NCBI GenBank assembly: GCA_963788395.1
Contig: CAWBGV010000020.1
Coordinates: forward strand, 69,195 to 133,194
Reading direction: 5' to 3'
Source of the DNA: Candidatus Doudnabacteria bacterium
GTDB lineage: Bacteria; Patescibacteriota; Doudnabacteria; UBA920
Length of the DNA: 64,000 nucleotides
The notes below the pieces were generated by a model, which was not told the DNA's origin, ran no database searches, and saw only the letters and a program-made list of their open reading frames with translations. Numbering within the stretch: the stretch's first letter is position 1; each line of letters opens with the position of its first letter. The translations under genes were made by a program, and so were the position numbers. Below are positions 7,593-19,014 of this stretch, one piece after another.

Positions 7593-7967
7593 ATGCTTAA
7601 TACCAATAAACAACAAATTAGTTTTGTCCTTTTGGGCGTAGCGTTATCCGCGTTTTCTTTGGTATCGATCATTCTGTTCACCGACCCCTTTGGAGCCGGA
7701 ACCGTTACGTTCTTATTTTTCTACCTCAGCCTGTTTTTACTGACGTTGTGCGCCTTTACCTTTGCGGGCTTGCTGGTGCGCCTCTGGTTTTGGCGGGGAG
7801 TGTACATGGTTCATCTCGCTAATAGCTTTCGGCAGGCCATCTTAGTTTCGGTGTTTATTACTGCCTGCCTGATCCTGCAGGCTCATAATTTACTGTCGTG
7901 GTGGGTAGGTGGAAGTCTGATTCTTTTTTTAGCCTGTTTGGAAATATTTTTAAATTTAAAAGTATAG
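7593..7967 (+). CDS. Hypothetical integral membrane protein (about 4 TM helices)
   Basis: Hydrophobic 124-aa ORF, coupled to the next ORF (stop at 7967, ATG at 7969). Confidence 0.5.
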   Translation: MLNTNKQQISFVLLGVALSAFSLVSIILFTDPFGAGTVTFLFFYLSLFLLTLCAFTFAGLLVRLWFWRGVYMVHLANSFRQAILVSVFITACLILQAHNLLSWWVGGSLILFLACLEIFLNLKV

Positions 7968-7968
7968 C

Positions 7969-9495
7969 ATGGCAGACCAAATTCCAATGGACCCGTCAGC
8001 TGCTACTAATCCTGCTGAGACTGAGCAGTACTTGTTTTTTAATGTCATGCCGCGCGCCAAGAACAGTTCCGCGGTAGTCAGCCCAACCATAAAAATCAGC
8101 AGTGCCGCGCCCAAAACTTCGGCGACAAACACTTATTGGCTTAAATACCGTTGGTATGCAATCGGTTTAGTGGTTGTTGTTATTGCCGGATTAATTGGCT
8201 ATTATTTTTACAATAAATATACCGAAAGCCTTGGCCAAAAGGCGGAGACGGCTCTGGTAGTTAGCCATCCGCATCCTATCCCTGCCGCAGCGGCCACGCC
8301 AACCGCAGTCGCTTCCAGTACTATAGCAGGTTTTACCACTCCCCAAAGTTGGCGTAATAATTTTTTTAATGCTTGCACCGATATTACCGTTTGTGGTGAC
8401 GAAGCCGACCCGGACCATGACGGCTTGAGCAACCTCCAGGAATACAAGCTCGGCACCGATCCGAACCACAACGACTCCGACGGCGACGGAATTTCCGACG
8501 GTGATAAAGTCTTGGTTTTCGGTATGGACCCGTTAGCTGCCCACAACGGTACAGACCCCAGTTATACTGACGCTGACTATTTAAAAGGCGGCTACGATTT
8601 TAAAACTGGCCAGTTACTGCCTGCAGCGGAACTTTCAGCTTTGACTCAAAGAATGAATCAGTATTGTTTGCATGAACCAACCGTAACTACTCTGGCCGGC
8701 GTTTTAACTTCACTCTATCATTTTAACTGTCAGCCCGGCCAAGCCCCGGCGGCCCAAGCTTCTTCTACGCCGGTCACTACAGCCACCAGCACTCCAACAT
8801 CCACACCGGTTTCATTGCCCAGCACCACGCCGACCTCGGTAGCCACCAGCACCAGCATGCTGGATATTGACCAAAGTCCTTCGGCCAAAGAAAACCGCGA
8901 CGCCCAGCGAACAACGACCTTGCAAAACATCGCGGTCGGTTTAGTGAAATACTTCCAGCAAAATAAATCGTACCCCGACACAACCAATTTTGCCGATATG
9001 GCTTCAACCATAAAACCCTATAACTTAGTAGCTACTAACCCGGTAGACCCTATCAATCAAGGACAATTTGTTTATAGCTATACCCCCAGCCCTAACAATT
9101 CTGATTTCGTTTTAAGCTACTTTAGCGAAACCGAAAATCAGCTTATTCAAATTCATGCCGCCGACGCCCAAAAAACCGCGGCTCAGCAGCAGGCGGATAA
9201 TTACGACGAGCAGCGCAAAACAGACTTGGCCAATATTCAAACCGCGCTCTTACTTTACTCCAACGATAACATCAGCACCGGACAAGATTATGTCTTCCCC
9301 ACAGAAGATAAGTACCAATCATCACTCGTACCTAAATACTTAGCTCAGATGCCCAAAGATCCGGAAACCGGACAAGATTACGATTACCAAGTTTCGCAAA
9401 CATTCGACGCTTTCACGGTTAAAGCCGCTCTCGATGACGCGCCTGCCGGGTATTCGGGGTATTTATGCAACGAAGAGGAGTGCAGGTATTATTGA
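7969..9495 (+). CDS. Membrane-anchored surface protein with Ca-binding TSP3-like repeats and two pilin-like globular modules
   Basis: TM helix (YAIGLVVVVIAGLIGYYF). DPDHDGLSNLQEY…DSDGDGISDGD repeats. An S/T/P-rich linker. Two segments resemble post-helix pilin sequence (RDAQRTTTLQNIAVGLVKYF…YPD and EQRKTDLANIQTALLLYSNDN). Confidence 0.55.
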   Translation: MADQIPMDPSAATNPAETEQYLFFNVMPRAKNSSAVVSPTIKISSAAPKTSATNTYWLKYRWYAIGLVVVVIAGLIGYYFYNKYTESLGQKAETALVVSHPHPIPAAAATPTAVASSTIAGFTTPQSWRNNFFNACTDITVCGDEADPDHDGLSNLQEYKLGTDPNHNDSDGDGISDGDKVLVFGMDPLAAHNGTDPSYTDADYLKGGYDFKTGQLLPAAELSALTQRMNQYCLHEPTVTTLAGVLTSLYHFNCQPGQAPAAQASSTPVTTATSTPTSTPVSLPSTTPTSVATSTSMLDIDQSPSAKENRDAQRTTTLQNIAVGLVKYFQQNKSYPDTTNFADMASTIKPYNLVATNPVDPINQGQFVYSYTPSPNNSDFVLSYFSETENQLIQIHAADAQKTAAQQQADNYDEQRKTDLANIQTALLLYSNDNISTGQDYVFPTEDKYQSSLVPKYLAQMPKDPETGQDYDYQVSQTFDAFTVKAALDDAPAGYSGYLCNEEECRYY

Positions 9496-9496
9496 T

Positions 9497-9566
9497 GAGA
9501 GGGGTTAGAGATTAGGGGATAGAGGGCAGAAATTACTAACCCCTAATCCCTACCCCCTAATCCCTA
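9497..9566. repeat. Intergenic inverted repeat containing telomere-like CCCCTAATCCCTA 13-mers (G4 motif on the minus strand)
   Basis: The 5' arm GAGAGGGGTTAGAGATTAGGGGATAGAGGG contains no C. The 3' arm CTAACCCCTAATCCCTACCCCCTAATCCCTA contains no G. The 13-mer occurs at 9540-9552 and 9554-9566, and inverted at 25486-25498. Confidence 0.7.
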
Positions 9567-9570
9567 GACT

Positions 9571-11116
9571 ATGCCCACAACTTCCTTTCCCGGCATTATT
9601 GCCGCCAAAGTTACCAAAGTAGAAAAACACCCAAATGCCGACCGGCTGCGGGTGGTAGAATTGTCTGTTGGCCACGACCAAACGGTATTTCCGGTGGTCT
9701 GCGGCGCTTTTAATTTTGGAGTGGGGGACATGGTAGTATTAGCGCTACCAGGCGCCCATATTCCCCACAACATTCACTCTGAGCAACACGAACCCTTTAC
9801 CCTGGAGAAAGCCACCATCCGCGGCATAGAAAGCCAGGGCATGATCTGCGCCGGCTTTGAACTGGGACTCCAGGCCGAGCCAGGAGATAAACCGGAAATT
9901 TTATTGCTTAAACCGGAAGTCGTGCCGGGTCAGGAATTTACCCCGGACATGATTCAACCGGAACAAAAAAAGACTATGCAGACTATTATTATTGACACCG
10001 CCGAAGAACAACAACTAAAACAAAAATTAGCACAAAGGACCGATACCGAGGCCCAGCGCATGCGGCGATACTTGAGTACTGCCGGATTTGTCGCGAACCC
10101 CAGGCAGCCCGATTGCAGAAATAGTCAAAAGAATTTTAGCCAGTCCCTATTTTGCCGGTCTGGACGTCATTCAAACTCCGGAAATCGTTCCGGCCAGCGT
10201 CAGTTTTGACTTGTTCGACTTTCCGGCCGATCATCCCGCCCGCAGCAAGTCCGACACCTATTATGTTGACGATGACCATATTTTGCGCACCCACACCACC
10301 GTAATGTGGTACTACTACTTACAAGATGCCAGCGTCAAAAAGCGCATTACTGAACACCAGCCTGTGGGTTCCTTTAGTTTCGGCAAAGTCTATCGGAAAG
10401 ATGAGATTGACCGCAAGCACATGAATGTCTTCCACCAAATTGACGGCTGGTATTTAGCGCCTAAAAGCCAAAAAGTTATTACTCAAACCGATTTAGAAAA
10501 AGCTCTCGGCAACATTGCCAAAGCCGTGTTCGGGCCCAACGCCAAGTATCGCCTCAATAAGGACACATTCCCTTATACCGATCCTTCGCTGGAAATGGAA
10601 GTGGATATTAACGGCAAGTGGGTGGAGGTAGTAGGATGCGGAGTGGTTAAAGGGAGCGTTGTGGAAAAATTAGGGGTCAATCCCGACGATTACACCGGCT
10701 GGGCCTTTGGTTTTGGGTTGGAGCGTTTGGCCATCAGCAGCATGGATCTGCCGGATATTCGTTTGTTGTGGTCAACTGATCCGCGCGTCACTAAACAGTT
10801 GCAGCTTGGCCATAAGTTCGTTGAGGTCAGTAAATTTCCGCCGATAACCCGGGATATTTCTTTTATCGTTAATAAAGATTTTATCCCCAATAATTATTTT
10901 GATTTAATCCGCGATATTGGCGGGGATTTAATTGAGCAGGTCGAGCTGTTGGATAAGTACGAAAATCCCGAAAAGTTCGGTCCGGATAAAATCAGCTACA
11001 CCTACCGCGTCGTCTATCGCAGCAATGAACGAACTTTACGGACCGAAGAAGTGGATCCTTTGCAGAACAAATTATACGAACAAACCAAGGATATCTACAA
11101 GGCAGAATTGCGATAA
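9571..11116 (+). CDS. Single-chain phenylalanyl-tRNA synthetase-like protein (PheT-type tRNA-binding domain + PheS core + FDX-ACB domain); one frameshift near 10080
   Basis: N-terminal part: KVEKHPNADRLRVVELSVG…VCGAFNFGVGDMVVLALPGA…IRGIESQGMICA. Core: FPADHPAR, FGKVYRKDEIDRKHMNVFHQIDG, GWAFGFGLERLA. C-terminal part: KFPPITRDISFIV…YFDLIRDIGGDLIEQVELLDKY…YTYRVVYRSNERTL. The ORFs 9571-10209 and 10088-11116 are in different frames. Confidence 0.8.
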
Positions 11117-11189
11117 GCTATATAAGCATTATTCCTCTTAATTAAAAGGGATAATTTCATATTATCTGTTGGAAATTTTAAACAAAATG

Positions 11190-11198
11190 TGGTAAAAT
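11190..11198 (+). promoter_or_regulatory. Extended -10 promoter (TGGTAAAAT) upstream of gyrB
   Basis: TGTGGTAAAAT, with TTGGAA 18 nt upstream. About 60 nt upstream of the gyrB ATG. Confidence 0.45.
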
Positions 11199-11261
11199 TA
11201 AGTTACTAATAAAACAGTCTTAAAGCAATAAAATTCTAACATCTGGAGCAATTTTATACCT

Positions 11262-13320
11262 ATGGCTAAACAAGAAAACAGAAAAACCGACCGGCGGTTA
11301 TACCGCTGAAAACATTACCGTCCTGGAAGGACTCGAACCGGTGCGCAAGCGCCCAGGTATGTATATTGGTTCAACCTCGGAAACCGGTTTGCATCATTTG
11401 GTCTGGGAAGTGGTAGACAACTCGGTTGACGAAGCCATGGCCGGGCACGCCAATAGAATTGTAGTAACTCTGCAAAAAGACGGCGGCGTCAGCGTAATTG
11501 ATAACGGCCGCGGGATACCAGTCGATACGGTCAAGGCTACAAAAAAATCAGCACTAGAGACTGTCTTGACGGTCCTCCACGCTGGAGGTAAATTTGGCGG
11601 CGATGCTTCGGGCTATAAAGTTTCAGGCGGTCTTCATGGTGTTGGTGTTTCGGTGGTAAATGCGCTTTCGACGAATCTCATTGCCCAAGTTAAACGCGAT
11701 GGCAAGGTCTACGAACAGCGTTTTAAAATTGGCAAGCCCCAGGGCGCCGTTAAAGTCGTTGGAAAAGTCGATAAAAAAGATCCCGACCAAACGGGCACCA
11801 AAATTACTTTCTATCCCGACGCCTCTATTTTTGAAACTACGGAATTTAAGTTTAAGACGGTACTGGAGCACTTGCGCAGCCAGGCCTATTTGACCAAGGG
11901 GTTGCATTTTGTGATTACCGACGAAAATGCGGGCCTGACCTATCAATATTATTTTGAAGGCGGCGTGGTCAGTTATATTAAGCAGCTCAATCGCAACAAA
12001 AAAACCCGCAACCAGCCGATTTACATCAACAAAATGTTCGAAGGCGACATTATGGTGGAACTGGCCATTCAGTATACAGACGATTTTGACGAACGGATAT
12101 TGGCCTACGCTAATAATGAATACAACCCCGAAGGCGGCATGCATGTTACTGGTTTTCGATCCGCTTTAACTCGGGTGATCAATAACTACGCCATTAAAAA
12201 CGGTTATGTTAAAGAAAACGAAAAATTAACAGGTGAAGACATGCGCGAAGGTTTAGTAGCGGTCATCTCTGTTAAATTGCCCAATCCACAATTTGAAGGG
12301 CAAACCAAAGCCAAATTAGGTAATCCAGAAGTTCGGACCGCGGTAGAAGCCGTGGTAAACCAAGAAATGGAAGTTTTCTTGGAAGAGCATCCCAGCGATT
12401 CGTCCAAAATTATCGAAAAGGCTATTCTGGCTTCCAAAGCTCGTTTGGCGGCCCGGGCGGCGCGCGATAGTGTTATCCGTAAAGGCGTCTTAGAAGGACT
12501 GGCATTGCCCGGCAAACTGGCCGACTGTTCGGAATCTGATCCCTCCAAATGTGAACTCTACATAGTTGAGGGTGATAGCGCCGGCGGCAGCGCCAAGCAA
12601 GGCCGCGATCGCCGTTTTCAGGCTATTTTGCCGCTCCGGGGTAAAATTTTAAACGTCGAGCGGGCGCGTTTAGACAAAATGCTATCGTCGCAGGAAATTA
12701 AAAATCTGGTCATCGCCTTTGGCACGGGGATAGGGGAATTGTATGATGTTTCCAAACTCCGCTACCACCGAGTTATTATCATGACCGATGCCGATGTAGA
12801 TGGTGCGCACATTCGGACCCTGCTTTTAACGTTATTCTATCGCTACTTCCCGGACATTATCAAAGGCGGCCATCTTTACATTGCCCAACCACCGCTGTTC
12901 CGCGTCCAGGTCGGCAAAGAATTCCAGTATGCGTTTTCCGATGAAGAACGGGATGAAATCTTAAAAGACCTGGTAAGCGAAGCTAAGGCCAAGAAAAAAA
13001 CCAAGACAGATGCGAAAAAAACTACCGATGAAACTGAAAATGCTGAAATTGCCGGCGATATAGACCCGGAAGCAGCCACCTCTTCGGCCATGGACGGAAT
13101 AAAATACACGATTCAACGCTACAAAGGTTTGGGCGAAATGAATCCGGGTCAATTGTGGGAGACCACCATGGACCCGCAAAACCGGGTCATGCTTCAAGTC
13201 AACATCAAAGACGCCGAAAAAGTCAGCGAAATTTTTGAGGTCCTGATGGGAGACGAAGTAGCGCCCAGAAAACGGTTTATCACCACTCACGCCAAGACGG
13301 TCAAAAACTTAGATATTTGA
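11262..13320 (+). CDS. gyrB: DNA gyrase subunit B (frameshift near 11285 in an A-run)
   Basis: ATG at 11262 (MAKQENRK…) shifts frame into …GGYTAENITVLEGLEPVRKRPGMYIGS. GHKL ATPase, TOPRIM (EGDSAGG) and C-terminal motifs are all present. Confidence 0.9.
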
Positions 13321-13397
13321 CGTTTGCAGTTTAATATTATAAGATACTCGCAGTCCTATTCCCGCATCCGCGGGAATTTATAAATAATCCCTTAAAA

Positions 13398-13859
13398 ATG
13401 TCTAAAAAATACTTGCTGACGCCGGAAGGTTTAGTCAAATTAAACGAAGAGCTGAAAGTTTTAATCAACGACAAACGCAAGGAAGTCATTGAACGCATCC
13501 GCGAAGCTGCTTCTCACGGCGATCTTTCGGAAAATGCTGATTACGCCCAGGCCCGCGAAGAACAGTCGTTTATAGAAGGCCGGATCCAGGAAATTGAAGA
13601 TATTATCAAAAATGCCGAAATTATTTCCACCGCCAATCACGGCTCGTCAGTAACCATTGGCTCGACCGTGCAGATTAAAGTCAACGGAAATGAAAGAAAA
13701 TATACCATTGTTGGCAGCAACGAGGCCAACCCCAAAGAAGGCAAAATCTCCAACGAATCGGCCGTAGGCAGTTCTTTATTGGGTAAAAAGACCGGCGAAA
13801 AATTTAAGGTTAATACTCCAGCGGGTGAGATGGAATATGAAATAGTGAGTATCGAATAA
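13398..13859 (+). CDS. greA: Transcription elongation factor GreA
   Basis: LTPEGLVKLNEELKVL…GDLSENADYAQAREEQSFIEGRIQEIE; 153 aa. Confidence 0.9.
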   Translation: MSKKYLLTPEGLVKLNEELKVLINDKRKEVIERIREAASHGDLSENADYAQAREEQSFIEGRIQEIEDIIKNAEIISTANHGSSVTIGSTVQIKVNGNERKYTIVGSNEANPKEGKISNESAVGSSLLGKKTGEKFKVNTPAGEMEYEIVSIE

Positions 13860-13889
13860 ACTCCAAAACTATTTAGGCATTATAAAAAA

Positions 13890-13923
13890 CCCCTGCTTTT
13901 TTTGTCAAAAGCAGGGGTTTTTG
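13890..13923 (+). terminator. Intrinsic terminator after greA
   Basis: Hairpin CCCCTGC…GCAGGGG followed by TTTTTG. Confidence 0.75.
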
Positions 13924-13966
13924 TTATACTTTAAGGGAATTATATTAGCTAAATAAACCCTTTCCC

Positions 13967-15443
13967 ATGTCGGAACGACTTGAAGATATTGTCAAACACC
14001 GTCGGCTCAAGCTGGAAAACTTAAAAAAACTGGGGATAGACCCTTATCCTTCGGCAACTCAACGTACTCACAGCAATGCCGAGGTTTTGGAACGTTTTGA
14101 CGAACTTTCCACGCAACCGGTTACCGTTGTCGGTCGAATTCGCAGCTGGCGAACCATGGGCAAGCTCATTTTTGCCCATATCGAAGACGGTACTGCTAAA
14201 ATTCAGATTCTATTTAAAGAGGATGGGGTTGGCAGCGAAGCGTTCGGGATGCTGTTGGAAAACGTGGATATGGGTGATTTTATTCAAGCAACCGGCACGT
14301 TATTCACCACCAAGGCGGGCGAAAAAACAGTTCAGGCTAGCGGATATAAACTCTTGGCAAAATCACTCTTGCCTCTGCCGAGCGAGCACTATGGCTTAGC
14401 CGACGAAGAGACAAAGTTACGTAAGCGCTATTTAGATATTTTACTTAATCCCGAGACTAAGCAATTATTCATCAAAAAAAATCAGTTTTGGGCGGCCATG
14501 CGGGAATTTCTGGTCCGAAAAAGGATTTTTAGAATTAGAAATGCCAGTTTTAGAAGCCGTCCCAGGCGGGGCCAAAGCGGAACCATTTATAACTCACCAT
14601 AATGCTTTAGATCGAAATTTTTATTTACGGATTAGTTTAGAATTGCCCCTTAAAAAAATGCTGGTCGCCGGTTTTGAGAAAGTTTTTGAGATCGGACGGA
14701 TTTTCCGCAACGAAGGAATCGATACCGAGCATTTGCAAGATTACACCCAAATGGAATTTTATTGGGCCTATGGCGATTTTGAACAGCTCATGGATTTTTT
14801 GCAGGAACTGTATCAGTTTGTCATTCAAAAAACGTTTGGCACGCTAAAAACTTCTTATCAGGGACAAGAAATTGACTGGTCCGGCTCCTGGCCGAGGCAG
14901 GATTATTTTTCTTTATTTAAAAAATATACGAGCATAGATCTTAACACTACTTCGGAAGACGAGCTGAGAACTTTTGCGGACGCTCATAAAATTTCTTACG
15001 AACCGACCGCCGGCCGGGGCAGATTGATTGATTTAATCTTCAAGAAAAAAATCCGTGTTTTGCCGGAAGTTTCATTTCAACCCTCATTTTTGATTAATCA
15101 ACCGGTAGAATTAGAGCCGTTGGCCAAACGCGATCCGAAAAACCCCAAAGTGGTCCAGCGCCTGCAAATTTTAGTGGCCGGCAGCGAGATGGGAAAAGGT
15201 TTTGGGGAATTAAATGATCCGATTGATCAGCGGGCGCGCTTTGCCGAACAAATGAAGCTGCGCGAAGCCGGGGATACCGAAGCTCAGATGCTCGACGAAG
15301 ACTACGTTGAAGCCATGGAATACGGCATGCCTCCGGCAGCCGGTTTTGGCGTTTCGGAACGTTTATTCTCCGTCCTCGCCGACAAGTCCATCCGCGAAAC
15401 CGTAATTTTTCCCCCGATGAAAACTAGTTCTCATAATTCTTAA
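13967..15443 (+). CDS. lysS: Lysyl-tRNA synthetase, class II (frameshift at about 14515 in an A5 run)
   Basis: OB anticodon-binding domain plus class II core (RYLDILLNPE…FLELEMPVLEAVPGGAKAEPFITHHNALD…FRNEGID…). Removing one A from CGAAAAAGG restores the frame. Confidence 0.9.
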
Positions 15444-15470
15444 CCCAGGCTTTGTAACTCAATTATTTCC

Positions 15471-16780
15471 ATGCTCGACATTAAATACATCCGCGACAAT
15501 CCGGATAAAATCAAAAACGCAGTCAAACTTAAGCGCATCGATCTTGATGTTGACCAGCTTTTAGATGTAGACAGCAAGCGTCGCGATCTTTTGACGGAAC
15601 TGGAAGGCCTGCAGGCGGCCAAAAATAAATTCTCCAAAGAAATTGCTTCTTTGAGCCCGGAAGAAAAAAAGACCAAATTGGTAGAAATGAAAGAAGTCGA
15701 CGAACGCGCGACCACCGTCAAAAATGAGCTACAAAAAGTGACGTCGGAATACGACGAATTAATGTACAAAGTCCCGACTGTCCCGGCAGAAGACACCCCC
15801 ATAGGCAAAGATGGCAGCGAAAACGTCGAGGTGGAAAAATGGGGAACAATTCCCAGCTTTGACTTTAAAATTAAAGACCACATCCAACTGGGGAAGGATT
15901 TAGACATTTTAGACTTAGAACGCGGAGCCAAGGTCGGCGGCTACCGGGGTTATTACGTAAAAAACGACGGCGTGTTGTTAATGATGGGTTTTTTGTTTTA
16001 TGCCATCAAAAAAATGGTAGAAAAAGGCTACTCCCCAATGATCCCGCCGACGTTGGTAAAAGAATTTGCGCTATTTGGCAGCGGCTACTTTAAAGGGAGC
16101 GAGTATAATCCCGATACCGACGAAATTTACATGGTAGCCAATCGCGACAAAGACCAGAGCGGTCAAACCAGCGGCGAGAAAAAATTTCTGGTAGGAACGG
16201 CTGAACCGTCCATTTTAGCTTATTATGCCGACGAAGTCCTGGATGAATCCCAGCTGCCCATCCGCAATTCCGGCTACAGCCAATGCTACCGCAGCGAGAT
16301 TGGCAGTTACGGCAAAGACACCAAAGGCATTTACCGCGTCCACGAATTTATGAAGATCGAGCAAGTCGTGCTGGCGCCGGCCGATCTTGAGGTGGCCGAC
16401 CAAATGCAGCAGGAGATGCTTTCTATCTCCAAAGAACTGCATCGCGACCTGGGCCTGCCGTTTCGGGTCTTGCGGATTTGCAGCGGCGACCTGGGCCCCG
16501 GCAAATATAAACAATTCGACATGGAAGCCTGGATCCCTTCGCGCGAAAGCTACGGCGAAACCGGTTCATCTTCCAACTTCTTAGACTGGCAATACCGCCG
16601 GCTAACGCAAAATACAAAACTCCCGGAGGCGAGAGAAAGTATGTCTACATGCTCAACAACACCGCCCTGCCTTCTCCGCGGATTTTTATCGCGATATTAG
16701 AAAACTACCAGCAGAAGGATGGAAGTGTAGTGGTGCCGGAAGTCTTGAGGCCGTATGTGGGAAAAGACGTTATTAGATAA
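15471..16780 (+). CDS. serS: Seryl-tRNA synthetase (frameshift near 16605)
   Basis: MLDIKYIRDNPD… coiled-coil arm plus class II core (…YRSEIGSYGKDTKGIYRVHEF…). The C-terminal part …NTALPSPRIFIAILENYQQKDGSVVVPEVLRPYVGKDVIR is read in the +1 frame. Confidence 0.9.
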
Positions 16781-16796
16781 TTAGGATAATTTCTTA

Positions 16797-18057
16797 ATGA
16801 AATCTTACCTTCAATCCCTCCTCGCCCAGCTTTCCAAAAAAATCCTCCTCAAATACCATCCGACTATCATCGCCATTACCGGCAGCGTCGGCAAGACTTC
16901 GGCCAAGGAGGCCATTTTTAATGTGGTCTCTCAAAAATACAAAAGCCGCCGCTCGGAAAAAAATTACAATAACGAATTTGGGTTACCGCTGAAGCATTAT
17001 AGGAGCCGATGCACCCGGCCGAAATCTTTTTAAATGGTTGGTAATTTTTACTCAAGGGTATAGGCTTCTCTGACCCAAACAGACTATCCTGAGGTGTTGG
17101 TTTTAGAAATGGGAGTAGACCGACCCGGCGATATGGACTATTTATTGGCCATTGCCCACCCCAATATTGCCGTCATTACTAATATTGGCATCTCTCATTA
17201 CCAATTTTTTAAAACCGAAGCCGCGGTGGAACAAGAAAAGGGTAAATTAGCAGTGTGTTTAAAACCCAACGAAACCCTGATTGTCAATCAAGATAATCCC
17301 GCGGCAGCCCGCCAGGTGGATAAAACTAAAGCAAAGATTATCAGCTATGGCTGGAATTCAGGCAGCACCGTACGAATGGAAGAAGCCCGTGAAAACTTTG
17401 AAAAAGATTTTACCGAAGCCGTTATTAAAACACCATCAAAGCAAATTTTCGCCAAAATCTCGGCGCTCGGCCCAACCCACTTAAGCAGTGTATTAGCCGC
17501 AACTGCGGTAGGGGAGGCTTTGGGTATTGAAGCCGACTTAATCCGCAAAGGATTGCAAAGAGTACCGGCCCATGCCCGGAAGATTAAATCTTATTTCAGG
17601 CTTAAAACACACTACCTTAATTGATGATACCTATAATGCAGCGCCCGACTCCATGACCGTTGCCTTACAGCTGCTTTCCCAATATCCTACCGGATTAAAA
17701 GTTGCGATTTTAGGGGATATGCTGGAGCTGGGAGAACTTTCGGAACAGGCTCATCGGGACATGGGGGCGCTGGTCTCTAAACTCGAGATCAATAAATTAA
17801 TTACGGTCGGCACCCAAGCCAAAAATATCGCTCGCGGCGCCAAAGCCGCCGGGTTTGATTCGGATCATATCCAAAGTTTTCCCGATGTCGGACGTGCCCT
17901 TAAACCAGCGCTGCAATACCTGGCTCCCGGCAACGTAATTTTAATTAAAGGTTCGCAAGGGGTGCGTCTGGAAAAAATTACCAAAGAATTAATGGCCGAA
18001 CCCATGCGGGGCCAAAGAGTTGTTGTGCAGGCAGTATGGGAAGTGGGTAGAAATGTA
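16797..18057 (+). CDS. murF: UDP-MurNAc-tripeptide--D-Ala-D-Ala ligase MurF (at least 3 frameshifts)
   Basis: ITGSVGKTSAKE, NYNNEFGLPL, VLEMGVDRPGDM, LIDDTYNAAPDSM and ILGDMLELGE are spread over three frames (16797-17033, 17094-17624, 17572 to about 18040). Confidence 0.8.
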
Positions 18058-18063
18058 ACCGGC

Positions 18064-19014
18064 ATGTTCAACAAAACCAAAAGAAAAATCGATCCTAAAA
18101 TCCGTTTCCAGCAAGCTAATTTTAAACAGCAGCTGCAGACGGCCAGGGGCTATAAACGAACGGCGCGCAAAAGCTTGGGCCGCGGTTCTCACAGTGGCAA
18201 AGGCATGCCGAGCTTAAAAACCTGGGTAATAACTTTTACCAGCTTAATATTTTTGGCTGGAATGGTTTATATAGTTTTTTTGCCGAATATTTTTTATATC
18301 CAACACATAACCGTAACCGGCCTGCCCGCTGAGCAACAAACCGAAGCGCAAAATATTATCACTACCTATTTGGGACAAAATAGTTTGATTAACCACCAAA
18401 ATTTGTTGTTTCTTTCTAAGGCTCGCCTGACCCAAACTCTGTTAAGGGAAGATTTTAATGTCTATCAAGTCAGCGCCATCCACAAACGCTTTCCCAACAG
18501 CCTGGGACCTGGCGCTTGAGCCGCGGATTACCCAGTTTCTTTTTTCGACTCCGTTGGCTCAGTACTTTGTTTCAACGATGGTTATATTTTGGGCGAAGCC
18601 GCTACGCCCACGCCCTCCGGCCTGATTAAAATTAATGTAGACTCGACTCCGGATATAGCTATTAAGATAATTATTTTTCTTTGGGTTTTTGAACGAACTC
18701 AAAATGCTCTCTACGGAATTTCTAACGCCGGCATCACGCTCGGCCATCATTTTGAACTGCCGGACCTCGGCGCGAAGATTAAAAACGCATCGACCGATGG
18801 TTATTATATTCGAAATCACTATGACTCAATACCTCGAGCGGCCTACGGCCATGTCAACGAGCTGGTCAGTCAAATGGATGACAGTCAGAAAAAAAATCTG
18901 TATTATATAGACAGGCGCTCTAGCGACCGGCCTACACTGCGACCGCAGCGCCCCTGCGCCGCCAACATCCCAAATCCCAACAGTAGCCATATATACGGCA
19001 AGCTCGACGCCTAA
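18064..19014 (+). CDS. FtsQ/DivIB-like cell-division protein (POTRA), frameshifted
   Basis: MFNKTKRK…, a TM helix (WVITFTSLIFLAGMVYIVF), and a POTRA-like segment IQHITVTGL…LLFLSKARLTQTLL. It continues in the frame of ORF 18589-19014. Confidence 0.5.

Noticed and set aside
11623-12144. Long antisense ORFs inside conserved genes (for example 963-1259, 11623-12144, 22198-22590, 32433-32906, 38922-39326, 40865-41170, 60750-61115)
   Set aside because: Each lies fully within a well-supported gene on the opposite strand and lacks an RBS or recognisable domains. These are typical shadow ORFs.
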